The translations under genes and the position numbers were made by a program. A stretch of 64,000 nt of DNA. Source: Octopus vulgaris. Its lineage: Eukaryota. The notes beneath the pieces were generated by a model. It did not search any database, had not been told where the DNA came from, and saw only the letters and a program-made list of their open reading frames with translations. The DNA lies in assembly GCA_951406725.2 (NCBI GenBank), contig OX597830.1, forward strand, positions 33,046,001 to 33,110,000. Reading direction: 5' to 3'. Below, in pieces: positions 26,236 through 39,638 of this stretch (the first letter of the stretch is position 1; each line of letters starts with the position of its first letter).

Positions 26236-26465
26236 GCGGCGAGCTAGCAGAAACATTAGCATGCCGGGCGAAATGCGTAGCTGTATTTCATTTGTCGGTA
26301 CGTTCCAAGTTCAAATTCTGCCAAGGTCAAATTTGCCTCTCATCCTTTAAGGGTAGATAAATTAAGTACCAGTTACGTAATGATGTCGATGTAATTGACT
26401 TAATCCCTTTGTCTGTCCTTGTTTGTCCCCTCTGTGTTTAGCCCCTTGTGGGTGGTAAAGAAATA
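26236..26465 (+). mobile_element. SINE-B, full length (~230 bp; Nin/Deu-like central domain)
   Basis: gcggcgagctagcagaa...aagttcaaattc (B-box-like)...tttgcctctcatcctttaagggtagataaattaagtaccag (resembles the Nin domain)...ccccttgtgggtggtaaagaaata; dozens of copies and fragments in window. Confidence 0.9.
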
Positions 26466-26551
26466 TATATGACTGTGGCCATGCTGGTTGGGGGGAACCA
26501 CTTTAAAAGTTTTTTTTTACCAAACTAATCAACCCTACTCCAGAGATATTC

Positions 26552-26721
26552 TACTAGAATATCTAGAGTGTGTGCTGATCTAGGGCAGCCCTTCTATTTT
26601 CTGCCCCCGGACCCTACAAAAAACACATATTGCCTACAGCAGACCTAAAAGTGGCACCCCTTTAAAAGTGCCACCTGGGAGTGGACCACCCCTACTGCCC
26701 CACCCACTAGCTATGCTAGTG
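26552..26721. mobile_element. Short MITE (hAT-like), copy 2
   Basis: actagaatatctag ... ctagctatgctagtg; homologous to 16363-16511. Confidence 0.7.
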
Positions 26722-26785
26722 AGCTAATTCATATACGCACCAAACTCTCCAGTCCTTTTCTCTGTCTCCTTCTCTCTGTGAATGT

Positions 26786-26840
<55 letters not shown>

Positions 26841-26852
26841 GGTGTGTGTGGG

Positions 26853-27090
26853 GGTGATTGGCTTAGTGGTTAGGGTGTTGGAAACTCATGAATGTAAGAC
26901 TGTGGTTTCGATTCCTGGACCAGGCAATATATTTTTTTCTTGAGCAGAAACACTTCATTTCACATTGTTCCCGTCCACATAGCTGGCAAGAATGAGTAAT
27001 CCTGTGACAGATTGGTGTCCCATCCAGGGAGGAATATATATGTCAGAGAAACCAGGTTACCAGCCCTATGCTCCTTATGGAGTAATGAGG
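26853..27090 (+). mobile_element. tRNA-derived SINE, fourth family (diverged)
   Basis: tggcttagtggttagg (A box), ggtttcgattcc (B box), cttgagcagaaacactt CORE-like, cctgtgacagattggtgtcccatccaggg. Confidence 0.7.
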
Positions 27091-27867
27091 ACTAAACACA
27101 CACACACACAAACAACCATACACACACAGAGATGCAAACAAGCATCACTAAGTATCTGTCTGCCAAAAATCCACTCCCGAGGCTTGGCTTGCCCCTGGGT
27201 TATGGTAGAGGACACTTACCCAAGGGGCTGTACTGTGGGACAAAACCTGAGCATTCAGTTTTGGTTGGCATGTGAACATACATCTAGCTGTGTGTGTGTG
27301 TCTGTCTGTCTGTCTGTCTATCTGTCTCTCTATTGATGTATTTATTTCTCTTTCTCTCTCTGAGAAGGGATCTACAGAAGTTGGGAGTTGCAGAGGGGAT
27401 GACAGGGGACTGAGACTCCTGGTGATTTGCTGTGCTTGAAAAGCCACCTCAAGCTAAGTAAAAGCATGGCTGTCCTTGCATACAGGCTCATCCCTTGCAA
27501 CCCTCTCCAGCTGAGCATCCCTAATCTTGTGGGTTCATAAGTGCTGATGTCGTGTAAAAAAGCACCCATACCAGTGCTGCATAAAAGCACACAGTAAAAC
27601 TCTGTAAAGTGGTTGGTGTTAGGAAGGGTATCCCAACCATAGGAACCATCCCACAACAGACATATAACCTGAACAGCCCTTCGGCTGGTCAGCTTCTGTT
27701 AAACCGTCCAACCCTTGCCAGCATGGAAAATGAATGTCAAACAATGATAATGGTAATGATATGTGTGTGTGTGTGTATCTTTATATACACACACACATGT
27801 ATATATGCATATGCATATATATATATCTATATTTACATCTATCTATCTCTATATCTATATCTATCTA

Positions 27868-27918
<51 letters not shown>

Positions 27919-28665
27919 TCATCATCATCATCGTTTAACATCCGCTTTCTATGCTAGCATGGGTTGGACGATTTGACCGAGTACTGGAGAACCAGATGGC
28001 TGCACCAGGCTCCAATCTTGATATATATATAATATATATATATACACCACAAATTTTGGTGAAGGCATTTAATTCTAATATTTAAAAGTCTTTAATTAAA
28101 CCAACACTTCTCTTTCAAAGTATGAACAATGCACATTTTCCCAGCTTAGAATTCTGATAAGAACTTAAGTAAAGACGCATGAGAAAACCCAAGAATTCCT
28201 GTAGCAGGCCATTAACTTATGAATCGAACCATTAACATATGAATCAACTATGTAGAATGCTTTGCGACATAGCTACAGAATGTCCTTATTTGCCACTTTA
28301 CCTCTTAGGAAGTAACAAATTTGTCCTGCTTTATTAGATGGAATGTTAAAGAAACAGTAAGCATTATCCTACTTACTCAGCTTTTGTGAAAGGCGAACAT
28401 CTTATCAGATCTATCTTATAATATATTTAATCAATCAATCACTTATGTCAGATAACTCAGAAATATTTCTCATAGTAAATATCTGTCGTTTTTGTTTGAT
28501 TATTAGTTTGGTCGGCTGGTGTAAAGTTGCTTCACTGTAGCATCATTCTCTTCTAATACAAACTTGCTTAACTGGATTATAAATGACATTACAAAGTCAA
28601 CATTTGTTCTGTATCCTTTGCTTCCTTGGTGTCAACATCAAATGAAATTCATTTATCGTTTTATG

Positions 28666-28706
<41 letters not shown>

Positions 28707-29079
28707 ATATATATGTTTGGGTGTGTACGTGTGTCTCTGTCTGTCCATGTGTATGCCTGAGGCATGCCTATGTATACGTCTGCCTATATGTGCCTGCAAT
28801 TATATCAAAGTATACGTGTGCACATCAGTATGCAATATTTATGTGTGTGTGTGTATATACATATTCATATATATAATTACATATATATATATATATATAA
28901 ATGCATGCATGTGCACACATATATATACATATATATACACACCACACATTTATAAACGTATATATGTATATGTATACGTATATATATATATATATGTGTA
29001 TATGTATATATATATGTGTGTGTTTATATGTACATATATACATATATATATATATATACATCCATACATCCATACATAC

Positions 29080-29138
<59 letters not shown>

Positions 29139-29474
29139 CTTGTTTTCCATTATTCAACCAAAACTTTAAATGAATGTATATGAAAAATAAAGAAATCAAA
29201 CCGAAAACGTAAGTAAACTCCACTGAAAATGAAGAATGGCAAAAAGAAAGAAATTAAAATATCGAAATTGCTGTTTGGTCGGGGAAGAATCATAGAGAAT
29301 GAGAATTCCAAGAGTTAGATATCTCATTAAGATATACTATTATTTCCAGCGATGAGATAAGAAATAGCTTAGCGGTAACGTTGTGCAAATTTGCCCTTTG
29401 TTTTTTTGTTTTCTACACACACACACACACACAAATGCATATATATATATATATATACATATATACATATATAC

Positions 29475-29505
<31 letters not shown>

Positions 29506-29570
29506 TATGTGTGTATATATATATTGATAGATAGATACATAGAATGATATATATCTGTATCTATCTATAC

Positions 29571-29609
<39 letters not shown>

Positions 29610-30119
29610 GTATATGTGTGAATGTATGTACATATCTGTTATGTGTTTGTTTAATCATTTTTATTTTCATTTTTAGTTTATACACCAAACATGGGATGTT
29701 CATTTAATAAATGGGAAACAATGAGCATCTCCATAAATTATTCTTAGCGAAGAGTTGTTATACAAGGGCTAATGTAACTAGCAGTGCAGAACCGAACGGT
29801 ATCATGTGCATATGCATTGATGGTACAATAAGCTGATGTTTATTTCAAGGGATTAGGAAGGATTATGGATTAATGAGGCTTTGAGTGCCATTTCAAAGCC
29901 ATTGAAGTACTTTTATTAACTCCATTCATGTTTGAAGATTACTCTGTCATAGTTCTTCATAATCCCTTTAGTCATTCTGTCTAACTCAGTTTTCGACAAT
30001 TCTTTGAAATTGATTTACTCGCTCCCACCTATCCTCCTCATTCCTTCCTTCCTTCCTTCCTTCACACCCATACATCCTGCCACACTACCCTGCCCCGCCA
30101 CCACTAACCCCATGGCCAT

Positions 30120-30220
30120 CGCCACTACCATGATCTTCATCATCAGTCATCATCACCGTCATCATTAACATCATCATCATCATCATCATCATCATCATTA
30201 TCGTTATCAACATCGTCATT

Positions 30221-30268
<48 letters not shown>

Positions 30269-30660
30269 TTCATCATCACCATCTTCATTATCATCATCGT
30301 CAGCATCACCATCGTCGTCGTCATCATCATCTTAAACACCAACAACAACACCACTATCACCACCATTCTCATCACCATCATCATTATTATCATCATCATC
30401 ATCATTATCATCATCATCGTCATTACTACCACCACCACCACCACCACCACAACATTTATGGCTATGAACTCCACTACATTGTTACCATTGCGACAACAAC
30501 CATCATCATCATAACCATTAGCATCACTACCATCATCATTACCGTTGCCACCACCACCATCACCAGCACCAACACCATCTGCTTCCCCCTACCACTACCA
30601 CCACCAACACCACTACCACCATCACAAACACCACAGATTTTTGCCATCACCACTTTGACG
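30120..30660. repeat. Mosaic (CAT/CAC/ACC)n trinucleotide tract (similar tracts at 45440-45990 and 53125-53525)
   Basis: In-phase mixed trinucleotide repeats; source of poly-M/I/V/H ORFs. Confidence 0.9.
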
Positions 30661-31346
30661 ACAACTGGCCCCACCTCCTTTCACTCCTTGACTGCTTACC
30701 TTTTTTAAAAACCCACACCCCGAATAACACACACACACACACACATACTCACTGACAGATACACACACACACACTCATACACATACATGCTTTCCTACCT
30801 GCTCCTTTTATTATTATTGTTTTTTTTCTCCATATCTTCCCTCTTTCATCTCATTCATTTATTGTTGCAGTTAAATGTTTTCTTACAGTTGTTTGTAAGA
30901 TGTGCAGTTTTACAGTTGCATCTGCTGCAAATAACAACAACAACAATAAATAACAGTTGAGTTGCAGGAGTTTTTTGACAGCTTAAGTGTCTACTGATTG
31001 CTTCTTGAATTAAATTGTGAAGAATGACAAACAATAGACTTACAAAAAAAAAAAAAAAGAGAATAAATAGCTATAAAAAAAAAAAAATTGCAAAGAGGAG
31101 AAACAGTGATAAAATAAAATTTAAAAAAAAATATATAGAATAAATGAATTTAAAACATTTTAAGAAAAATATGAAAGAAAATATTACATAAATAAAATGC
31201 AAAAAGCATTCTAGCTTGAAAGACTTTAATGAACAAAAAAAACCATGAGTTTATCAACGAGCATGTCTGGTTGTCTTTGCTTTCTGTATGTCAGTTTCTT
31301 ATCATAAGCATATGTGCATATATCATCCTCATCAACGTCGTCGCTG

Positions 31347-31410
<64 letters not shown>

Positions 31411-31769
31411 TATCGTCATCATTTTACATTTGTTTTTCTTTTATTTTTTTATGCTATGCTTGCATAGGGTTTTCTAGGTCTACTCGCACATTGTATCTCA
31501 CCTTTGCTGTGGTCCTGTTTGACAAGGACTGGCTAGCTGGAGAGCTGTCCAGTCTCCGATTGTCTGTTTTGCCATGGTTTCTATGGTTGGATGCCTTTCC
31601 TAACACCAACCACTTTACAGAGTGTACTGGGGTTGGGGAGTGTTTTATACATGGGACCAGCACAGGGTTTTTTTTTATGTGACACTTCCAATGGTGCCTC
31701 TACATTGCACCAGTACAAGTGCTTTTTAAGTGGCACCAGCGAGGGTGCCTTTTACATGACACCAAACTA

Positions 31770-32388
31770 ATATTCTTTTCTACTCTAGGTACAAGGCCAC
31801 AAATTTTGGGAGAGGGGCCAGTAAATTAGATTTACCCCAGAACGCAACTGGTACTTAACTTATCGACCCCTAAAGAATGAAAGGCAAAGTCGACCTCGAT
31901 GGAATTTGAACTCAGAACGTAAAGACAGAAGAAATACCGCTGAGTATTTTGCCTGGTGTGCTAACATTTCTATTTCTTTACCACCCACAAGGGACTACAC
32001 ACAGAGGGGACAAACAAGGACAGACAAAGGAATTAAGTCCATTACATCGACCCTAGTGCATAACTGGTACTTAATTTATCGACCCTGAAAGGATGAAAGG
32101 CAAAGTCGACCTCGGCGGAATTTGAACTCAGAACGTAACGGCAGACGAAATACCTATTTCTTTATTACCCACAAGGGGCTAAACATAGAGGAGACAAACA
32201 TGGACAGACATAGGTATTAAGTCGATTATATCGACCCCAATGCTTAACTGGTACTTAATTTATCGACCCCCAAAAGGATGAAAGGCAAAGTCAACCTCAG
32301 CGGAATTTGAACTCACAACGTAACGGCAGCCGAAATACCGCTAAGCATTTTGCCCGGCGTGCTAACGATTCTGCTAGCTCGCCGCCTT
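31770..32388 (-). mobile_element. Three head-to-tail SINE-B units
   Basis: actggtacttaa(c/t)ttatcgaccc...atgaaaggcaaagtc occurs at ~31850, ~32065 and ~32250; only the distal unit has a complete head. Confidence 0.9.
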
Positions 32389-32392
32389 GACA

Positions 32393-32670
32393 CCACACCA
32401 ATATTACACATCCATCAGACCATGCTTGGCTCTATTCACTTTAACATTCATGCATTCAATGTATCCAGTACTCACGTTTCACTACCATGCAACAATACCC
32501 CTTACTCACAAACATCATACAATATGCCCTTTACTTGTAGAATGAATCCTTTTGTTGTGAGAACTGACAGTAGCTTTCTGAAACTTTTCCACCTTCTTCT
32601 TACTCTGAATACCATCATGTGGAAGTAATCACTTCCACTGCTTATGCAGTCGTCCAGGTAAAGAAAAATT
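32393..32670 (-). mobile_element. Old RTE RT fragment
   Basis: Minus strand FLYLDDCISSG...WKSFRKLLSVLTTKG...KGILYDVC..VLLHGSET*...WMCNI is homologous to 18230-18510. Confidence 0.82.
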
Positions 32671-32900
32671 GCTGCTGAGTACTGCTTGTGGGGGGTGGGG
32701 GCCTTCTGAGTATTTGAAAGGGTTTTTATTTATGTGGGCTATTACTAGTAACTACTGTTGTTCGTTTGCTGTATATGAATCCTCTTTCTAATTCATACAC
32801 TGGAAATGAAAACAATAACACATGGTGAGAAAATGAACTTGACTGCACAAGCTGGCAGTTGTGTGTAAGTGTGTATGTATGTGTGTGTATGTGTGTGTGA

Positions 32901-32936
<36 letters not shown>

Positions 32937-33285
32937 GGATCAAAAATGCAATGGAGGCCATTAAAACGTCCGGGCAGATAGACAACGCAAAGGTGGGCAA
33001 GAGAAACAGCAATTAGAAAGACAGGCAAAAAAAGACGGGTCATTCTTGGCTGTCTTTCATCAGTCAAGTACTAGAAGTCATGACCATTTCGGACAGTTAC
33101 ACTTGAGATGGTTCGATCTGGCTGCCCCCCGAAAAGTCTAAGCTAAGAGCATTAGACCCCTTTGTAAGAAAGCTAGCGAATGCGTAAAGCAACAAAGATG
33201 AAAAAAAAAAACAAACAAGCAAAAAAACAGAGAACATGGTACAGAATTACAAATACAAACAACAAGAAATATATGTGTGTGTGTA

Positions 33286-33372
<87 letters not shown>

Positions 33373-33937
33373 AGTTATATTTTGAAAAGATCATAATGCT
33401 AATAAACACAATGACAAGTTGTGGTTCACTTCGTTCAGTCTTGTTGTATTTATATTAGCAGCTGCTTTGTATTTTCTTGTTTTCATTTTATAAAACGACT
33501 GATATTTTGAATTTTATCAAATATGAAATCACTGGAAAGGTCACTGTTGTGTGATGTTTCTTTGCATCAGGACTCATTCCAGTAAAATGACAACAACAGC
33601 ATCAACATATCGTTTCAGATTAAAATCCAAGTAAAACAACATTTCAAAAATTTTATACAAGCACACAAACCCACATATATATATATATATATAATAAATA
33701 AAACATATGCATATATATAAACATATATGTACGTACCTACCTCTACATGTACATATACACGCATATATGAGTACAGGACACCAAAAAGACATCGAACACA
33801 ATGAGAAACGAAAACTACACACACATGCACATACACATACACACACACACACATGTATATATGTATGCATATAGACACACCCACACACACACATATATAT
33901 ATATATATACATGCATACGTATTTATTTATATATATA

Positions 33938-34734
33938 TCATCATCATCATCATCATCATCGTTTACTGTCCGTTTTCCATTCCAGCATGAGTTGGACGGT
34001 TTGACTGGGGACTGGGAAGCGACGAGGTTGCACCAGGCTCCAGTCTGATCTGGCAGTGTTTCTACAAACTGGTTGCCCTTCCTAACATCAACAACTCTGT
34101 GAGTGTAGAGGGTGCTTTTTACGTGCCACCGGCACAGGGGCCAGAGGAGGCTGGCAACGTTCACGATCGGTTGGTGCTTTTTATGTGCTACCAGCACAAA
34201 CGCCAGTCATGGCAACACAGGCTTCGGCCATATTCGGACGGTGTTTTTTACGTGCCACCACCTTGAGTATCATAACTACAATTTCAATTTGATCTTTTAT
34301 TTCCTTTTCCTGTACTTGACTCAGTAGGTCTCCTCAAGCACAGCAGGTCATCCTACAATCTAAGGTTAGCACAGCAAGCCATCCTGCAAGCCATGAACTC
34401 ACTTCATTTGTCGGGTTTTCGCAGTCACAGCATATCTCCAGGGGTCTTGGTCTTTCGTTATTGCCTCATTTCATGTCTTCTTGGGTCTACCTCTACCCTG
34501 GATTCCTTCAACTGTTTGGTAGTGGCACTTCTTCACACATCTCTCGTCATATGTATGTATCATCATCATCATCATTTAGCGTCCGTTCTCCATGCTAGCA
34601 TGGGTTGGACGGTTCAACTGGGGTCTGTGAAGCTGGAAGGCTTCATCAGGCCCAGTCAGATCTGGCAGTGTTTCTACGGCTGGATGCCCTTCCTAACGCC
34701 AACCACTCCGTGAGTGTAGTGGGTGCTTTTTACG

Positions 34735-34739
<5 letters not shown>
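33938..34739 (-). mobile_element. Two adjacent RTE 3' ends (33938-34548 with ORF C-terminus; 34560-34739 tail only)
   Basis: Minus strand ERCVKKCHYQTVEGIQGRGRPKKT*...WRYAV..KTRQ plus 3'UTR array and (GAT)n tails. Confidence 0.88.
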
Positions 34740-34779
<40 letters not shown>

Positions 34780-34941
34780 TGTACATATACACACACACAC
34801 ACACATATATATACATACATATATATATATATATGTGTGTGTGTGTGTATGTATATCTTTTATCTTTTACTTCTTTCAGTCATGTTGGTTAGGAACAACT
34901 GTGAAGATCTCAGTTGAACAAATCAAATCTAATACTTATTA

Positions 34942-34991
<50 letters not shown>

Positions 34992-35135
34992 TGTATATTA
35001 GGGTTGAGCGTTTTCTCATGATTCATCAGAATTTGAACTCAGAATGTAAAGACAAGTAAAATGCCATTAATCATTTTGCCCAGAGGGCTAATGATTCTGC
35101 TCACTAACAGCCTTAAGGATGCTTATCAATAAGAA

Positions 35136-35177
<42 letters not shown>

Positions 35178-36002
35178 CAAGTTCAAATTTTGCCAGGAGT
35201 AAGTTTGCCTATTATCCTTTTTTGAGCTCAATGAAATAAAGCACCAGTTATGTTATTAACTATACTTTTAACTAACTCTGTTTCCTCAAAATTACTGGCT
35301 TTGAATCTAAATTCAGAAACCATCATCCTTGTTTAACATCTGTTTTCCATGCTGGCATGGGTTGTACGGTTTTACAGGATCTAGCAAAGCTGGAGATCCA
35401 CACCAGACTCAAGTCATCTGTTCTGACCAGGTTTCTATGGCTGGATGCCCTTCATAATGTCAACCACTTTACTGAGTGTACTGGGTGCTTTTTATGTATC
35501 ACCAGTACAGGTGCTTTTTTTTTCATGTAGTGCCAGCACAGATGTTTTTTTACAAGGGTGCGAGTGGCAAAATTGTAAGCAGATTTGAAGGAATACTTTG
35601 CAGTATTTTCACAAGCTCTTTGCATTTTGGGTTCGAATCCCACTGATGGCAACTTTGCCTTTCATCCCTCCAGGGTCGTTAAGATAAAATGTCAGTCCAG
35701 TAAGGGGAACAGAAGTATCAGCTAACTCCCTCCCATTAAAATTGCTGGCCTTGTGCCAAAAATTTTAAATAATCATCATTATTATTGGCAGGTTGGCAAA
35801 CTCATTAGCCTGTGGGACAAAATGCTTATTGGTATTTCTCTTGGTGCTTTACACCTGAGTTCAAATCCCACCAGGTGCATACTTGCCTTTCTTTCCTCTG
35901 AAGTCAAAAAATAAGTATCAGTCATGTAATGGGCAGATGTGATTGATGCCTTTAAAATTTCTGGCCTTGTGTCAAAATGCGAAACCATTATTATCATTAT
36001 TA

Positions 36003-36597
36003 TTCTTGCTGCTTGGAGGTCCTTCAGTTCTGAAGACAACGACGTCTATTCAAGTTGGTGCTGAGCGCAGTTGGTGACCTCACTGATGTAAAGCTGAGCA
36101 GCAGAGTTTTTCACCAATCAGACAAGGGACTGATGAGCTGGGTGCTGGAGGTACTGCAGGGGCAGCTGCAGCATGCTTTGCTCAGTGCTCATTGAGCCGT
36201 TGAGGATGCCTCGTTTTAATGGTTTCACAAGCTTGATGGAGATGGTCTGCCATTGGCTTTGATCCACAGTAAGAGCTTCCAGATCTATAAGATCTTTAAG
36301 AGGAGCATTACATCTGTAAGAGGAACATTACATCTGTAAGAGGAACAGATCTGCAAGAGGAACATTGCGTTTTCACAGAGTGGTAGCGATCTGATCTTTG
36401 TATCCCTTCCTCTGTCCTTCAATGGGTTGTTGGCCTTTGATCAGAAGACAATATGGGAGAGACAGAAGAGGGGCATTCCGAGCAGATGCCCAGTCCAGCG
36501 AAGTTGATGCTTAACAATAAGGTACTCAATACTAAAAGAGATGCAGCAATCCAAAATTGTTCAATGTGGAACCATGTCTTCCCACGAGATTCCCAGG
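36003..36597 (-). mobile_element. Degraded RTE (BovB/RTE-1-like) ORF C-terminus
   Basis: Minus strand LGISWED.V....IL......SIEYLIVKHQLRWTGHL, typical of RTE/BovB post-RT region; small 20-bp tandem at ~36300-36365. Confidence 0.75.
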
Positions 36598-36599
36598 GT

Positions 36600-37030
36600 G
36601 CATTATCTGCCAGAATCGTAAGCATGCCACACAAAATGCTTAGCGGTATTTCGTCTGTCTGCACTATATTGGTTCAAATTTCACCAAGGTCAGCTTTATC
36701 TTTCATCCTTTTGGGGTTGATAATTTAAGTACCAGTTGAGCACTGGGGTTGATGTATTCAACTAGTCTCCTCCCCACTAAATTTCAGGCCTTTTGCTCCT
36801 AGTAGATAGGATTATTATTAAGGTGGCAAGCTGTCAGAATCGTTAGCATGCCGGGTAAAATGTTTAACGGTATTTTGTCTATGTTCTGAGTTCAAATTCC
36901 ACCAAAGTTGACTTAGCCTTTTAACCTTTCAGGGTTGATAAATTAAGTACCAGTGAAACACTGGTATCAATGTAATCAACTAGTCTCTTCCCCCAAAATT
37001 TCAGACCTTGTGCCTTTAGTAGAAAGGATT
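36600..37030 (+). mobile_element. Two tandem SINE-B copies ending in (ATT)n
   Basis: Two Nin-like cores, tails ...tagtaga(t/a)aggattattatt. Confidence 0.88.
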
Positions 37031-37045
37031 ATTATTATTATTATA

Positions 37046-37114
<69 letters not shown>

Positions 37115-37734
37115 TACTTTTAATCGGCATGTTTGTTACAGTCACTTGCCGATTAGCACACTCATGATCCTGGGGCGAGTGATTAGGATTATGTTACAGT
37201 ATGACTGAAAGCTTGGGGAGGGGAAGTGGCAAGGGTAGTAGTAAAATATCTTCATGTAATACAACACAGACATTTAAATTAATAGGGATCTTGTAAGTAT
37301 ATTGGGAGGTACTTATCAGCACAATATTTGGATTTCTCTGAGACATGGTTCTCCTGGGATATTATGATTCTCCTGGGATATTATTGTTATCATTGTTGTT
37401 GTTGTTGTTGTTATTATTATTATCATTACTATTATTATTATTGTTATTGTTATTTTTGTTATTGTCAATGATTATATTGAAAATATTAATAATGACATGT
37501 AATATAATGATACTTGTTGTGAAAATAGCAATATTACTGGTTGTATAAATATGATGGTATTCTTAAGATTGATCAAATTCAACAATAAAGATGACGATGA
37601 CAATGATGATGATGATGATGGAGTTTAATCATAAAGTTAACGAAGATGAAGAAGCAGAAGAGTAGAAGAAGAAGAAGAAGAAGAAGAAGAAGAAGAAAAA
37701 GGAGAAGAAGAAGATGATACTGATGACGATAATA

Positions 37735-37782
<48 letters not shown>

Positions 37783-37839
37783 TTTAATCATAAAGTTAAC
37801 GAAGAAGAAGAAGAAGAAGAAGAAGAAGAAGATGAAGAA

Positions 37840-37897
<58 letters not shown>

Positions 37898-38048
37898 AAT
37901 TTTGATTGTTAGTCTGATGATGATGATGAAGGTGGTGATGAATTGGAAAGCTAGTAAGAAGTGCAGAAATTTTAGTGTTCCCTTTGTACTGAAAATATTG
38001 ACAGAGATGAGAAACATGATGATGGTGCAGTGTGAAGAGGAGGGAGAG

Positions 38049-38089
<41 letters not shown>

Positions 38090-39296
38090 AACAATAATGC
38101 TATTTATAATGATGTTATCAATAATGATAACGACGATGAAGTTGATGATGATGATAATGATGATGCTGATGATGATTATGTTGGAAATGGATATCATGAT
38201 GAATTTATGACATGAAATAGGATTAAAACAATTTGCCAGAAATGGAAACTGGCAAATATTAGGCTGGACAAAGGCGATTATTTGAATGCGCATCTCTTTC
38301 TAAATATAATCAAAGTCTGCTGTAAATGTATCTCATGGTGATAGGGGTGGCAGTGGGATAGGATACAGCGGTTCTTCTGCTGTACAGCAGTGACGGTAAT
38401 AATGGCTAGGCTAGTGGTAGGTTGATAGGTAGGTCAACGATGGTCTTTTGTAACTTAAGACTCTTCTGATTAAATGAATAAATTCAACTTGTTTGTTGGA
38501 GAAATTTTTAGTTAAAATGATCTTGTTTTTTTTTTGTTTATTTGTTTGTTTGTTTGTTTTCTTTGTTTATTTTCATCCTAGTTATACCTGAATTATTTAT
38601 AATATGAACGATGTGAAAAAAAAACAACAAAAAAAACGAGACAATACAGGTAGATAATGAAGGAAAATATTGCAGCTGTCCATTTATTTATTTTCCTCTG
38701 TATTTTTTTAATTTGTCAATTTATCTGCTTCAATTTTTAATTTACTGTGATTTTTTTTTTTATGTTGTCCTTGTATATTCTTTCTTCCTTGCTTATTTTT
38801 CCCTGTGTCTTCTTTGAACTTTTCTAAGTGTCTATTTGAAAAGTCTATCAGTCTGTCTAGAAATACTGTCTCTCTAGAGAAACTCTCTCTAATTGTCTAT
38901 ATGCAAAGACAAACTTGTATGAATATATACATATATATGAGAGACCATACTGAAAGACAAAATAAAACAAAATATCCATACAGATCTGATGAAATACTTA
39001 AACCTACATACAGACAGACAGTCGTTCAAGATAGGAGAATATTTGCAAACTAAAAAGCTGAAAGTTAATTTTGTTAGTGCAATGTAAGAACAAGAAATTC
39101 GAAATATTTCAGGTAGAACTTCCATTCTTTAATTTAAGATTTTTAATCCATATGAAAATATCTTATTTGACTTCTGACTCAATATTTTTCGTGTGTCGAG
39201 GAAAAGTTTTTAAATGTTGTGGGTACTATCTATTTCATTGAAGACTAAATCATAATAATATTAAAAATAATGATAATAATAATAATAATAATGATG

Positions 39297-39397
<101 letters not shown>

Positions 39398-39441
39398 ATT
39401 TTATAAGCTTAAAGCTTTAAGCGATCATCATGTACTGACTA

Positions 39442-39513
39442 AAGGAAATAGTCTAATATTGGGGCACATAAGCTCTCGACGGCATATATGCCCCAATATT
39501 AAACTATTTTCTT
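39442..39513. other. Isolated ~72-nt hairpin
   Basis: aaatagtctaatattggggcacata pairs with tatatgccccaatattaaactattt (about 2 mismatches), short loop. Confidence 0.75.
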
Positions 39514-39595
39514 CAGGCATTGCATGATTTACAGAATTATAAAACTCGACACTGCTTACCAAAAACCATCGCAGAATATTGATAATAGTAATAGC

Positions 39596-39638
<43 letters not shown>

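Noticed and set aside
30780-31300. Polypyrimidine tract plus ttgcag/ttacag as a host-gene splice acceptor
   Set aside because: No downstream ORF or convincing donor; such motifs are common in AT-rich DNA.
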